Shown here one piece after another: positions 40,708 through 51,412 of a DNA stretch of 64,000 nucleotides. Location: contig NZ_MWQY01000010.1 of the NCBI RefSeq assembly GCF_002087085.1, positions 1 through 64,000 on the forward strand, written 5' to 3'. Within the stretch, counting starts at the first letter, position 1, and each line of letters opens with the position of its first letter. The position numbers and the translations under genes are program-made. Below the pieces are notes generated by a model. It saw only the letters and a list, made by a program, of their open reading frames with translations, was not told the origin of the DNA and searched no databases.

Positions 40708-41025
40708 CTATTCCGGCAGGGTGTAGCGCCTCTTTTCAGGCTCCTCATGGGGCCTGTAATAGACTGCCACGTTTCCGATGATACGGACAAGCCGGGCATC
40801 GACGCCCCGGGCCAGTTCCGCGGCAATCGTTTTACGGTCCTCCTTGTAGTCAACAAAACGCAGCTTTACAAGCTCATGAGCCCGTAAAGCCTCCTCCAGG
40901 GCCTTTATCAGCTGAGGGGTTGCCCCCTCTTTTCCCAGCATCACCACCGGTTTAATAAGACTTGCCTTGGCGCTCAAGAATTTACGCGCCCCACTGTTCA
41001 GTTCCTCAGCCATTGTATTATTCAT
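40708..41025 (-). CDS. yhbY: RNA-binding CRM-domain protein YhbY
   Basis: KPVVMLGKEG, HELVK, IIGNVAVYYR. Confidence 0.9.
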   Translation of the reverse strand: MNNTMAEELNSGARKFLSAKASLIKPVVMLGKEGATPQLIKALEEALRAHELVKLRFVDYKEDRKTIAAELARGVDARLVRIIGNVAVYYRPHEEPEKRRYTLPE

Positions 41026-42169
41026 TCCTGTCTGTCAGATTATTCGGAAACACGATGGGCGTCCATCCCGCCGGGTCTGCCATATCTGCGGCAATGAGTC
41101 CCAGGTCGACCTGGTCCGTAAGCTCCGCAACAACATAAGCTTTGCCTGCATGGGTGTAGCGCGCACCCCCTCCGCTTACATCCACCGCCCCCAGGGCGTG
41201 GGCGTACTTCTCGGAGACCAGGAGAATAGCGTCTATATCGAAGGAATGCAAGAGGATTACGTACAAGAGTCCCAGGGAGTCACAGTCTCCGGAAGAGCTC
41301 ACCACGGCCTGGACGGGATCGACAAAATCGCTGAAGGTACCTGAGCGTCGATAGGTAAAGCTCTGCAGCCAGACAAGGAGTTCCTCCGCTATTTCCCGGG
41401 CTTCCCTGGCCGAGGGATTCCGGGGAAAAATCTCATGCAGCGCGAGGGTCAGGGGCTCAAGGCCGGCGACGGAATCCCGGTAGAGGACACGAAAAAAACG
41501 TTCCCAGGCGGCTACACTTCCCGCGGCCCCCAGAATACGGGCCTCCCTTTCGGTCACGTAGGAAGCGGTCTCTACCTCTCCCTGATCGAGGCGGACAGTT
41601 TTTCTTGTTCCTGCGACAGCTATTTCCACAGAGCTTCTGCGGCCGCCGGAAAAGAGCCGGTCAAAGGAGGCGACGGGTCCCGGAAGTCTGTCAGTCAGCG
41701 CAAGGGGAGAATAGGAATCCATGGCGGAGAGGATCAGATCGTTATACGCGCCAAGCTGCTCACTGTCGCTGAAGCCGAGAAGAACGACCGGGTCCAGTCC
41801 GGAGGATGGATCTGTAAATGCGAAAAGATAGCCGGAAAAGGAAAAGCCCCCGGTGCGGAAATCGACGGTTCCAAAATAGGCCTCCCCTGAGGCGTAGGAG
41901 AAACGAGTTCCTTCACCCTCCGCTCCCAGTCTGCCTTCCGTCTCCGAAACCAGGGCATCCAGTCCGGAAAATCCGGGAAAGCGTTTGATCTGCAGGTAGG
42001 CGCCCTCACCGCTGAAGGCGAAAGTCAGTTTCTCAGACTCCTGTCCGAGGATCCCCCAGCCTTCGGGGGGATCGATGAAACTCCCGAAGGGTCCCAGGGC
42101 AATCTGTTCAGCCGGCAGGACAGCCGGCAGCAGTACGAGAATCAGTACGACCAGAAAAGAACGCCGCAT
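41018..42169 (-). CDS. Secreted protein with C-terminal transglutaminase-like domain
   Basis: Signal peptide MRRSFLVVLILVLLPAVLPA; GDCDS...AHA...ELT putative Cys-His-acid triad. Confidence 0.65.
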   Translation of the reverse strand: MRRSFLVVLILVLLPAVLPAEQIALGPFGSFIDPPEGWGILGQESEKLTFAFSGEGAYLQIKRFPGFSGLDALVSETEGRLGAEGEGTRFSYASGEAYFGTVDFRTGGFSFSGYLFAFTDPSSGLDPVVLLGFSDSEQLGAYNDLILSAMDSYSPLALTDRLPGPVASFDRLFSGGRRSSVEIAVAGTRKTVRLDQGEVETASYVTEREARILGAAGSVAAWERFFRVLYRDSVAGLEPLTLALHEIFPRNPSAREAREIAEELLVWLQSFTYRRSGTFSDFVDPVQAVVSSSGDCDSLGLLYVILLHSFDIDAILLVSEKYAHALGAVDVSGGGARYTHAGKAYVVAELTDQVDLGLIAADMADPAGWTPIVFPNNLTDRNE

Positions 42170-42190
42170 TACAGTAGATCCAGCCACAGT

Positions 42191-43555
42191 TCAAGCCCCT
42201 CCTCTTCCGGCTTCCCGGGCCTCAATGGCGGAACGTATGGCGTTATACCGCTCCTCATTGATCGGGTAAAAGATCAGCACCAGGATGGAGAGCAGAAAAA
42301 CCACCGCCGGCAGCGGACCAAGAAGGAGCTTGATGGCCCCCAGGGAGGCGGCGTTCTGTACAATGTCCGCCTGAAAGCCCGCGATGCCCAGCATCCAGCC
42401 GATAATACCGTTCGCAAGGCCCTGTCCCGTCTTTGTCAGCAGGGTCCAGGTACCGTAAAAAGCCCCCTCCTTGCGGATCCCCGTATCAAGATAATCCTGG
42501 TCGATGGCGTCGGGCACCATGGCATAGGGGGTGGGAAAAACAAAGCCGTTGCCGATCCCCGCGACGGCAAAGATGAGCAGAGCTCCTCCGGTACCCACCC
42601 CTTCTCCGACAAAATAGAAGACAAAGAGGGCGACGGCGAAAATTCCCAGCCCTATGGCGTAGGTCGCTTTTTTGCCGATCCTTCTGGATATCAGTACGCT
42701 TACCGGAATCGAGGGAATTGAGACAATCAGAAGCAGTCCCAGGGCCAGGGTGGTAGCCCCTTCGTTATTGTACACATACTTGAAGTAATAGACCATGATT
42801 CCTGAGACGATGGTGATCGCCAGGATATGGAGTACGTAGGCAAAGGTTATAAGCAGATATGGTTTGCAGGCAAAAACCTTCAGATACGAGGCGACAATCC
42901 CCTCCCCTTTGGGAATCTCCCTGGTTCCGTGCTCAGGCTCCCGGACTGCAAGAAAGGTCACCAGGGCGCTCAAGGCCATTATGATTCCGAAGATGATTCC
43001 CACCGCGCTGAAGCCCTTCTCCACTGTATCGAAAGCGTCCCGCAAAGGAAGAACCGCCACTGCTCCGATCAGGGTCCCGAAGAGGGCGAAGACAAAACGG
43101 TAGCCGTTCAGGGAGCTCCTCTCCCGGTAATCCGTGGTCAGCTCCGGTGTGAGGGCCGCGTAAGGAACGATGACAACCGTGTAGGCGGTACCCAGAAGAC
43201 AATAGGCCAGCAGGGCCCACCAGAAGAGTGACATCTGACTCTCAAGAAAGGATGGTACGCTGAACATGAAGATCATCGCCAGGGCGAGAGGAACTGATCC
43301 GAATAGCAGATAGGGTCTGCGTCGTCCCCAGCGGCTGCGGGTTCGATCGCTCAGGACCCCCACCGCGGGATCGGTGACGGCGTCCCATATTCTCCCGATC
43401 ATGACCACCGTTCCCGCCAGGGCGGCGGAAAGGTGTACCGTATCGGTAAGGTAGTTCATAAGCCAGAAGGCAATAACGGTAAAGTAGAGGTTTCCCCCCA
43501 GATCGCAAACACCGAAACCAAGCTTGGTTCTCAAAGACAGCTTCTGTTCTTTCAT
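42191..43555 (-). CDS. GPH-family (MelB/UidB-like) glycoside:cation symporter
   Basis: WDAVTDP, SDRTRSRWGRRRPY, VPYAAL, RKEG. Confidence 0.93.
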   Translation of the reverse strand: MKEQKLSLRTKLGFGVCDLGGNLYFTVIAFWLMNYLTDTVHLSAALAGTVVMIGRIWDAVTDPAVGVLSDRTRSRWGRRRPYLLFGSVPLALAMIFMFSVPSFLESQMSLFWWALLAYCLLGTAYTVVIVPYAALTPELTTDYRERSSLNGYRFVFALFGTLIGAVAVLPLRDAFDTVEKGFSAVGIIFGIIMALSALVTFLAVREPEHGTREIPKGEGIVASYLKVFACKPYLLITFAYVLHILAITIVSGIMVYYFKYVYNNEGATTLALGLLLIVSIPSIPVSVLISRRIGKKATYAIGLGIFAVALFVFYFVGEGVGTGGALLIFAVAGIGNGFVFPTPYAMVPDAIDQDYLDTGIRKEGAFYGTWTLLTKTGQGLANGIIGWMLGIAGFQADIVQNAASLGAIKLLLGPLPAVVFLLSILVLIFYPINEERYNAIRSAIEAREAGRGGA

Positions 43556-43610
43556 ATACCTGTATCATATACCCCGCCGCTGGGGCTAACAAGCATGGAC
43601 GTCAGGAAAA

Positions 43611-44498
43611 TCAGGTATAGCGTCGGAGAATCGCCTGTACCGAACCCAGATAGGAAGCGCCGAAAAGGTTCAGGTGATTAAGCATATGATACAGATTGTA
43701 GGCATCCCGGCGCCGGCGGTAACCGGACTTAAGAGGATACGCCTCGTTATACGCGGAATAGAAGGAGGGTTTGAAACCGCCAAAGAGTTCGGTCATGGCA
43801 AGGTCAGCCTCCCTGTGGCCGTAGTAGACTGCTGGATCTATCAGGACCGGTTCCCCCCTGTCTCCAATCATGTAGTTTCCTCCCCAGAGGTCACCGTGGA
43901 GCAGGGAGGGCATCTCGGGTTCGATGAGAATCTCGGGGATCCTGGACATAAACTTTTCGCACTCCCCGGCGGTACCGGTGTCCATGCGTCCCCGGCTGAT
44001 GGCAAGTTCGAGCTGAAAACCGATCCTTCTTCGGGCGAAAAACTCGAGCCAGTCGGGCATCCAGCCGTTCCTCTGCTCCGTGGCCCCGATATGGTTATCC
44101 CCGTCAAAACCGAAGCCTTTATCGGTACCTGCCCGGTGCAGGATCGCCATCTGTCGCCCGAAGAGCTCCCAGAAATCCCTGCCCTTTACCCCGGGGGAGA
44201 TAAACTCGAGGATCAGTATCTGATCAGTGCCGTCATCATGAAAACCCAGTACCCCGGGAACTCTTGGGCCTCCGGAAACCGCCAAAGCCTCCAGACCCGC
44301 GGCTTCAGCGGCAAAGAGTCCGGAATGACTGCTCCTGTTCCGTTTTACGAAGAGCTTTTCACCTCCGGAAAGCGCATACTCCTCTGCATTATTTATACAG
44401 CCCCCTCCGAGACCGCGGCGGGAACTCACCCGGGAATCGTTTCCGAAGAGCTCCCGTATCCGGGCTGAAAGATATTCGTCACAGCTGACTTTTGTCAC
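43611..44498 (-). CDS. Fructosamine/ribulosamine 3-kinase family protein
   Basis: GGGCIN, FVK, LLHGDLWGGN, IDPAVYYGHREADLAM, YHMLNH. Confidence 0.93.
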   Translation of the reverse strand: MTKVSCDEYLSARIRELFGNDSRVSSRRGLGGGCINNAEEYALSGGEKLFVKRNRSSHSGLFAAEAAGLEALAVSGGPRVPGVLGFHDDGTDQILILEFISPGVKGRDFWELFGRQMAILHRAGTDKGFGFDGDNHIGATEQRNGWMPDWLEFFARRRIGFQLELAISRGRMDTGTAGECEKFMSRIPEILIEPEMPSLLHGDLWGGNYMIGDRGEPVLIDPAVYYGHREADLAMTELFGGFKPSFYSAYNEAYPLKSGYRRRRDAYNLYHMLNHLNLFGASYLGSVQAILRRYT

Positions 44499-44989
44499 TG
44501 GACCAGGGCTCCGGAGATAATATGGTCAAGAAGACTGTCAGTGGTACGATCAACCATTCTGAAGACCTCGGAAAAACCGCTTCTTCCGCCATAATAGGGA
44601 TCCGGAACATCCCCGGGACCCTCGGGATCAAATTCCCGGAAGAGCCGAATCCGGGAAAGATACCGGCTGTTGCCGTTGACAGCCATTTCCTTCAGGGACT
44701 CATAGTTCGTTCGGTCCATGGCGAGGATTATATCGTAGCGGGAAAAATCCTCAGGGATGAACTGCTCCGCCCTGCTGATGGATTTGATTCCGTGACTGGC
44801 CAGTTCCTGCCGCATCCGCGAATCCGCAGGTTCCCCGACGTGATACGCAATGGTTCCGGAAGAGGCAACCCTGACCCTCTGATCCAGGCCTCTCTCCCGG
44901 AGTTTATGAACCAGAACCGCATGGGCCGCCGGAGACCGGCAGACATTGCCCATGCAGACAAACATGACATTGAAGCTTCGATTACTCAT
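44495..44989 (-). CDS. Low-molecular-weight protein-tyrosine phosphatase
   Basis: FVCMGNVCRSP P-loop, ILAMD, DVPDPYYG; start ATG 44989. Confidence 0.93.
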   Translation of the reverse strand: MSNRSFNVMFVCMGNVCRSPAAHAVLVHKLRERGLDQRVRVASSGTIAYHVGEPADSRMRQELASHGIKSISRAEQFIPEDFSRYDIILAMDRTNYESLKEMAVNGNSRYLSRIRLFREFDPEGPGDVPDPYYGGRSGFSEVFRMVDRTTDSLLDHIISGALVQ

Positions 44990-45051
44990 ACTCGTTATAA
45001 GGTAGCAAATCAGAGGCGGGCTGTTAAGCTGAAACTGAAAAATTATACCCT

Positions 45052-45789
45052 TCAGCGCAGCAGGGGCTCTCCGGGAATAAAGGAAATCTCCCCCAGGGCA
45101 TCCCGTGGCCGGGACCACACTCCTCCCCGGGGACTGTATTCGAAGGGAGTAAAGCCGGCCTTGTAGCACATGAAGGGATTGTCATGAACATAGTATCCGA
45201 GGTAAAGGTATTTTCTTCCCGTTGCAGCGGCCAGCTGGATAAGATGGATGATGGAGAGCTTCCCCGGACTTACCCGGGCATAATCCCTGTCGTCGTAGTA
45301 GGTATATACTGCAGAAAGGCTGCTCGGCACCTGGTCAAAATGGGCGACTGCGACAAGACGCTTACCGTCCCGAAGGGTCAGGATACGGGAAACAGGGTGT
45401 TCGGTGAAAAAGCTCTCCCGGAAGATTCGGATATCCGACTGCTCCCCGTCCCCGAAACGTCTCTTGTGCAAATTATAGAGATCAAAAGCCTCCTGAATCG
45501 AAGGAGGATCATTGATACGGAGTTCAAGGAACACTGATTTGTTCAGGAGCCTCCGCCATGAACGGTGGAGGGAGATGCCCGTGACCCCGACACGCAGGGG
45601 TATGCAGCGTGAACAGACACCGCAGTCGGGGCGAAAATAATAGTTCCCGAAATGCCGGTAGCCATGGGCCAGAAGGGTTTCGTGCTCTTCGGGACCTATG
45701 CTGTAGGTAATGAACTGCTCCATACGGGCGGTTTTTCCTTCGAGATAGGGACAGGGGTAAACCGCTGTATCAAGCAAGGCTGCACGCAT
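45052..45789 (-). CDS. bpt: ATE/Bpt-family aminoacyl-tRNA--protein transferase (putative Asp/Glu leucyltransferase)
   Basis: CPYL, GYRHFG-x4-RPDC-x2-C-x2-CIPLR, LSAVYTYYD, YLYLGY, YK. Confidence 0.82.
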   Translation of the reverse strand: MRAALLDTAVYPCPYLEGKTARMEQFITYSIGPEEHETLLAHGYRHFGNYYFRPDCGVCSRCIPLRVGVTGISLHRSWRRLLNKSVFLELRINDPPSIQEAFDLYNLHKRRFGDGEQSDIRIFRESFFTEHPVSRILTLRDGKRLVAVAHFDQVPSSLSAVYTYYDDRDYARVSPGKLSIIHLIQLAAATGRKYLYLGYYVHDNPFMCYKAGFTPFEYSPRGGVWSRPRDALGEISFIPGEPLLR

Positions 45790-45933
45790 GCCGGGATCTC
45801 CTGCTTAAATGGAACACTCTGAGAGTATAAAAGATTTTCCTGATCAGTGGGAATGCCCTCTCGTCAAAAGGGAAAAAAACAGCTACATTAAAGATTATTA
45901 TTTGTGTAATCTATATTCAAAAGGAGACGGCCC

Positions 45934-46851
45934 ATGCCTCTTAACATACCCGACAAACTGCCTGCATACGATGTTCTCACCGGGGAAAACATCTTTGTCA
46001 TGACCCATTCCCGGGCAGTACATCAGGATATCCGCCCCCTGCGTATAGGCCTGCTGAACCTGATGCCCCTGAAAATAGAGACAGAGGTTCATCTGCTCAG
46101 ACTCCTTTCCAATACGCCCCTGCAGGTGGAGATAGATCTGGTTCATACCGCCACCTACCGTTCGACCCATACCCCGGAATCTCATCTGGAAACCTTCTAC
46201 ACAACCTTCGAAGAGATAAAGGATAAAAAATACGACGGTTTCATTATAACCGGAGCTCCGGTGGAGCAGATGGAATTTGAGGACGTGGCCTACTGGAAAG
46301 AACTTACAGAGATAATGGACTGGGCAAAAAAGCACGTTACCAGCACCCTCTATATCTGCTGGGCAGCCCAGGCAGGACTCTACTATAACTATTCGGTACC
46401 CAAGTATCCTCTGGACAAAAAGATGTTCGGGATTTTTTCCCACACCGTTACAGCTCCCCAGGTCCCGCTGGTCAGAGGTTTTGATGACACCTTTCTTGCT
46501 CCCCATTCCCGGCATACGGAAATCAGAAAGGAGGATATACAGGCAAACCCTGAGCTGGTGCTTGTGTCCGAGTCAGAGGAGGCGGGGGTCTTCATTGTAA
46601 GCACCAGGTCCGGGAGGGATATCTACGTTACCGGACATGTGGAGTACGATCCCCTTACCCTGAAGAAGGAATACCTGCGGGACAAGAATAAAGGCCTGGA
46701 GATCGAACCGCCGGAAAACTATTTTCCCTCCGGGGATGAAACACAGCACCCGGTGGTCCGCTGGAGGAGCCATGCCAACCTGCTATTCTCAAACTGGCTC
46801 AATTACTACGTATACCAGATCACTCCCTTCCATATCGAGGAGATCAGCTGA
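45934..46851 (+). CDS. metA: Homoserine O-acyltransferase (probably acetyltransferase, MetAA)
   Basis: [40 protein letters not shown]. Confidence 0.95.
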   Translation: MPLNIPDKLPAYDVLTGENIFVMTHSRAVHQDIRPLRIGLLNLMPLKIETEVHLLRLLSNTPLQVEIDLVHTATYRSTHTPESHLETFYTTFEEIKDKKYDGFIITGAPVEQMEFEDVAYWKELTEIMDWAKKHVTSTLYICWAAQAGLYYNYSVPKYPLDKKMFGIFSHTVTAPQVPLVRGFDDTFLAPHSRHTEIRKEDIQANPELVLVSESEEAGVFIVSTRSGRDIYVTGHVEYDPLTLKKEYLRDKNKGLEIEPPENYFPSGDETQHPVVRWRSHANLLFSNWLNYYVYQITPFHIEEIS

Positions 46852-49800
46852 ACTGGATCTGCTGCAGAAAACGTTCGGCTTCGGCGATAAACTCAGGCAG
46901 CGCCGCATCAATTTCCGGCAGGTCTTCCCGTTTGGCGGCCTGCTCCAGACGCAAGGCGGCCTGCCTCAGAGCTTCGGCGTAGAGAGCAGCGGAGCCCCCT
47001 TTCACCGAATGTGCTTCCCTGTGCAGGGTTTTCCAGTCTCCGGATTCTCTGGCTTCCCCGACAGTCTTTATCTGATGGCCCAGGGCCTCAATAAAGCCCT
47101 GAATAAGCTCATCCGCAACTTCCTCATCCCGGACCTCCCGCAGCAGAGCCTCCCGGTCCATGATTTTCCCTGCGCTTAACCCGCGATTCTGCCGGAGCTC
47201 CCGGTCCTCTTCTTCATACTCTGCGGGCAGGTCAAAAAAGAAGGCGAGGGTCCTGAAGAGTTTTTCCCGGCGCAGGGGTTTAACCAGAACCCGGTCCATA
47301 CCTGAATCAAAGCATCGCTGAATGTCCCGGCGAAAGGCATCGGCGGTTACCCCTATGATCGGCGTTCTGCCCTGCCTATAAGCTTTTTCCATCTCCCGTA
47401 TTTTCATGGCCGCTTCGTACCCATCCATGGAAGGCATGTGGATATCCATGAGAACAAGATCAACAGCCTCTTCTCGAAAAAGGTCGACCGCCTCTCTGCC
47501 GTTCCGGGCAAGGAGTATTTCCGCCCCGGTATGCTTCAGAAACTGTATCAGGACCTCTGCATTCGGCCGGTAATCCTCGGCGATCAGAATCCGTCGTCCC
47601 TTCAAGTCGATCCTGAAACCCTGGGGTTCTATCCTTTCCTTAACTGCGACCACAGGGTCCTCCGCCGCCTCGAGGCTTAGATCGAACCAGAAACGGCTTC
47701 CTTTACCGGGGGTACTGGTAAACATCAGACGGCCGCCCATCTGCTCCACAAGCTGCCGCGCAATGGTCGTACCAAGACCGGTACCGCCGTATTTTCGCGT
47801 CTCGCCCCCGTCGACCTGGTAAAAACTGTCGAATATATGGGGCTGGGCATTCGGAGGGATACCGATTCCCGTGTCGCTGACTTCAAAGTGCAGGTTGCAC
47901 CTGCCTTCGTTTATGCTGCTGTTGACCGCCAGGACGACCTCCCCCACCTCGGTGAACTTGACGGCATTGCCCAGGAGATTATTCAATACCTGCCGAATCC
48001 TCAGGGAATCGCCGAAAAGAAAGCGAGGGAGCATATCAGTCCTGTAGAGACTGAAGGCAATACCCTTTTTTGCGGCCAGGGCCGCGTGGGTGTGGGCCAG
48101 GGAATCCAGCAGGCCGTTCAGTTCGAAGGGTTTCGGTTGAATAACCAGCTTTCCCGCTTCTATCTTGGATAGATCCAGCACCTGATTTACCAGAGTCAGC
48201 AGTGTCTCTGACTCTTCCCGGATCATCCGGGCGTAGCTTCTTCCCTGGTCGGGATCCACAGTTTCCGATGCAACCTCGCTGAACCCGATAATACAGTTCA
48301 GGGGGGTTCTCATTTCGTGGCTCATGCGGGCGATAAAAGCCGAACGGGCATTCTCCGCATTCTTGAGTTCGGTAACATCGTGTCCGAAGGAGATAATCTC
48401 CCTGACCTTTCCGTTTTCATCCCTCACCGGGAGCAGAATATTATCGATATAACAGACATCCCCGCAGCCGTGGCAGGTGATAATCCCGCTTAAGGCTGCC
48501 ATACGTTCAAGGGGGTCCTCTGAAAGGGGGAGTCCTCTTTCTCTGACAACGGGATCCATCAACTCCATCAGGTCCCGGCCGGCAGCCTTGGTATAGTTCA
48601 GCCCGAAACGGTCTCGAAAGTGACGGTTCATATAGATGATCCGTCCCATGCTGTCGGTTTTGGCAACCAGGGATCCGGCATCCATGGCCCGCCTGTAGGC
48701 CTCGAGAAATTGACCTGTTGTATAGAGTTTTCGCTGCTGCTCCCGCTCCTCGGTCTTGTTCCGCAGAATCAGAAGCACATCCGCTTCCCCGGCGGCCACA
48801 AAGCGAAACTCGAAGTAGAACCCCCGTTCTCCCTCAAAACGGTACTCGAACAGGGTTTCCCGATGCTGTTCCAGGGCGAGATCGGCATAATATCCGATCT
48901 TGTAGGCCAGCTCCCCGGGGAAAATCTCATCAGCCCGGCCGGGGAACTCCTGTCTGGTAAAAATCCGGGCCGCATCGGGATACACCTGGACTGAAGTGAC
49001 AATACCGTCCCTGTCGACCTGCAGAATGGAATCGGGCAGAGCCTTCAGGATTGCAGACTGAATACGTATACTTTCCAGCAGCCGTTCCTCAGCCTCCTCC
49101 TTGCGCACTTTATACGCCGCAATGAGTATGGAGAAGGGAATCAGCACCAGGGAGATACCACCGAACCATGCAATATGCGCATAGAGCTGATAATCGAAAA
49201 GAGCTTTCTGGTCAGAAACCGGCAGCATGGTAACAAGGGTAAAGATATCGGAGTAGATCTTTATTCCTCCGCTGCTCCTGAATCCGGAAAACATGAAACG
49301 CCTGGCGACCAGAAGATCGCCGTCAATCCAGTAGGCCCGGGGTTCGGCATTGATCAGTTTCCGCAGGGCGTAGGGTTTCGGCAGGGAGGTCCCGTTGCCT
49401 TCCAGATCCAGGAGTGTCCCCAGGGAGGTGAAGATATACCGGCTGAAGGAGTCGCTTCCGTTCTGCAAGTAAAAAAGGTTCCGAAGGGAATTGAAATCCA
49501 CAACCAGCTGCAGGAAGTACCGCGAAGCTCCTTCGGAACGGTCAGAAACCGGCATCCAGAAATAGACCAGGGGGTTCTGGAGAGGTTCTTTCCAGAGGGC
49601 CGCCGAGCCGGATCCTTCAACATTGATCAGGAGTTCCTTGTCGGCGAGCATACGAATCCGCGCCAGCAGATCGGTCGTCAGCGGCTGATCTGTCCTGGAA
49701 AAACCGGGAGATACCGCAGATCCGACGAGCTCGCCCTGGTTATCAAAATAGCTGATACTGCGATAACGGGATTTGCCGGTCAGAAGCAGGCTGAGGGCAT

Positions 49801-50098
49801 GCTCGTCAACGGCAGGAGCTTTGCTGTCCGGCGACCCGAAAATAATGTCCGAGGCGGACAGAAAAAGGCAGTCTCCCATTACTTCTGAAAAAAAGGCACC
49901 CAGCATATTCGTGTAGAATTCGCTGCGGCCTTCCGCCTCCGCTTCCATCATGTGGCGGTAGTTCATATAGTTGTTCATGTAGAAGATGGCGACCAGAATC
50001 AGAACTAGGCTTGCGAAACCGAGGAACAGGGAAGTCGCCAGTGCCCCCAGGGACATTCTGTGATGGAATGCTTCATAGGAGGATGAGCTGTTTTTCAT
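46844..50098 (-). CDS. Hybrid sensor kinase (periplasmic Cache-like + PAS x2 + HisKA/HATPase + REC + Hpt)
   Basis: [41 protein letters not shown]. Confidence 0.92.
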   Translation of the reverse strand: MKNSSSSYEAFHHRMSLGALATSLFLGFASLVLILVAIFYMNNYMNYRHMMEAEAEGRSEFYTNMLGAFFSEVMGDCLFLSASDIIFGSPDSKAPAVDEHALSLLLTGKSRYRSISYFDNQGELVGSAVSPGFSRTDQPLTTDLLARIRMLADKELLINVEGSGSAALWKEPLQNPLVYFWMPVSDRSEGASRYFLQLVVDFNSLRNLFYLQNGSDSFSRYIFTSLGTLLDLEGNGTSLPKPYALRKLINAEPRAYWIDGDLLVARRFMFSGFRSSGGIKIYSDIFTLVTMLPVSDQKALFDYQLYAHIAWFGGISLVLIPFSILIAAYKVRKEEAEERLLESIRIQSAILKALPDSILQVDRDGIVTSVQVYPDAARIFTRQEFPGRADEIFPGELAYKIGYYADLALEQHRETLFEYRFEGERGFYFEFRFVAAGEADVLLILRNKTEEREQQRKLYTTGQFLEAYRRAMDAGSLVAKTDSMGRIIYMNRHFRDRFGLNYTKAAGRDLMELMDPVVRERGLPLSEDPLERMAALSGIITCHGCGDVCYIDNILLPVRDENGKVREIISFGHDVTELKNAENARSAFIARMSHEMRTPLNCIIGFSEVASETVDPDQGRSYARMIREESETLLTLVNQVLDLSKIEAGKLVIQPKPFELNGLLDSLAHTHAALAAKKGIAFSLYRTDMLPRFLFGDSLRIRQVLNNLLGNAVKFTEVGEVVLAVNSSINEGRCNLHFEVSDTGIGIPPNAQPHIFDSFYQVDGGETRKYGGTGLGTTIARQLVEQMGGRLMFTSTPGKGSRFWFDLSLEAAEDPVVAVKERIEPQGFRIDLKGRRILIAEDYRPNAEVLIQFLKHTGAEILLARNGREAVDLFREEAVDLVLMDIHMPSMDGYEAAMKIREMEKAYRQGRTPIIGVTADAFRRDIQRCFDSGMDRVLVKPLRREKLFRTLAFFFDLPAEYEEEDRELRQNRGLSAGKIMDREALLREVRDEEVADELIQGFIEALGHQIKTVGEARESGDWKTLHREAHSVKGGSAALYAEALRQAALRLEQAAKREDLPEIDAALPEFIAEAERFLQQIQFS

Positions 50099-51345
50099 TG
50101 GGAGGTTTTCAGCTTATCGAGCTCCGTCTGGGCCCATTTCAGCGAATCGACTGAAATATTTCTGCCGGATAATACCGTGGAGAAAAAAACACTTTCATAT
50201 ACATGCTTGACGTTCCCCCACTCGCCGTACTCGAGGGGAATCTCCCGGGTTCTTCCGGAATCCAGTACATGCAGGCCGTAACGTATAACCCGGGCCAGGG
50301 GTTCTTCTCCAAGGTAGTCGGAAGCTTCCAGGACCGTGGGAATGAATCCCCCGACCCCCTTGGAAATGCGGGCCTGGACCTCGGGCCGGGTCAGATACTC
50401 GACAAGGGCCAGGGCGGCTTTTGCATTTTTTGTTCCCCCGGGAATTCCCACCGCACTGAATCCCGATACGGAACCCATCCCCGCCGGCCCGGAAGGAGCG
50501 GGGTAAACATCAAAATTGCCCGGGGACTCCTGGAGAATACTTCCCGCATGGGCGCAATGGGCAAAGGCAAACCAGGCACTCCCATCTACAAGGGGATCGA
50601 TTACCGTATCAAAGTTCTCTATCAGCGGATGAAACACCCAGCGCATTCCCTGCAGCAGACGCAGCGCCTCGAGGGCAGCTTCGGAGGTCAGATCAGGGAA
50701 ACCTCCGCCATAGGAGAGAATCGGACCTGCCATAAAATAAACAAGGCTCTTGTTCGGTACCCCGGTTACCGCCAGCAGTCCCCTGCCCTGCTGTCGGGAT
50801 GCTCTCTGGATCCACTCCGCCACCTGGGGCCAGGTAATGTTTTCGCCATCCGCCCCGACAGGTCTGGCGGAAGCCGCCTCTCTGGAAGCAATCAGCAGAT
50901 ATACATCCGCACCCAGGGGAAGAAAGTACTCCCAGGTATCCTTCCTTTCGGTTCCCAGATGCTTGAACAGAAAGGTGCGATCCTCGAATAACTTTGACTG
51001 CTCCCGTAAATCGACAAAATCGATGGCATCTGCAAGGGAAGCGAGTCTGTTGCCGTAGAAAATAATGAGGTCGGCCTCGGATAATTCTCCGCTCTCCGCC
51101 ATCCTGTCCATATCCGTATCCGTATACAGCAGAAGCTCAGTTTCGATTCCGGTCTCGGAATAGAAACGCTTCAGTTCTTCCCGAATGAAGGTCTGTTCCC
51201 TCAGGGGAGTCCAGAGCCTGGAATAGATCTGCAGGGGAGTTTCCGAGCCTGTCCGGTCCCGGGAACATCCTGCCAGGGCAGAAAATATGAGAAGAATGAT
51301 TAAGTACCGGCCGTATCTGGACAAAATCGGCTCCTGAAAGACCAT
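50095..51345 (-). CDS. Extracellular solute-binding lipoprotein (family 1, sugar-type)
   Basis: Lipobox LAGC; P-GPAG, ALVEYLTRPEVQ, GFIP; overlaps the kinase start. Confidence 0.8.
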   Translation of the reverse strand: MVFQEPILSRYGRYLIILLIFSALAGCSRDRTGSETPLQIYSRLWTPLREQTFIREELKRFYSETGIETELLLYTDTDMDRMAESGELSEADLIIFYGNRLASLADAIDFVDLREQSKLFEDRTFLFKHLGTERKDTWEYFLPLGADVYLLIASREAASARPVGADGENITWPQVAEWIQRASRQQGRGLLAVTGVPNKSLVYFMAGPILSYGGGFPDLTSEAALEALRLLQGMRWVFHPLIENFDTVIDPLVDGSAWFAFAHCAHAGSILQESPGNFDVYPAPSGPAGMGSVSGFSAVGIPGGTKNAKAALALVEYLTRPEVQARISKGVGGFIPTVLEASDYLGEEPLARVIRYGLHVLDSGRTREIPLEYGEWGNVKHVYESVFFSTVLSGRNISVDSLKWAQTELDKLKTSQ

Positions 51346-51412
51346 GTTTTTTACGATAATGATATCAGGTATGATACCAGATAACAGGGATTTCAAGCAA
51401 TGGGAGGGACTT

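Noticed and set aside
45790..45933. Possible SAM riboswitch upstream of metA
   Set aside because: No SAM-I core (AUC...GAGGGA...GCAACC) recognisable; region is short and shared with a divergent promoter
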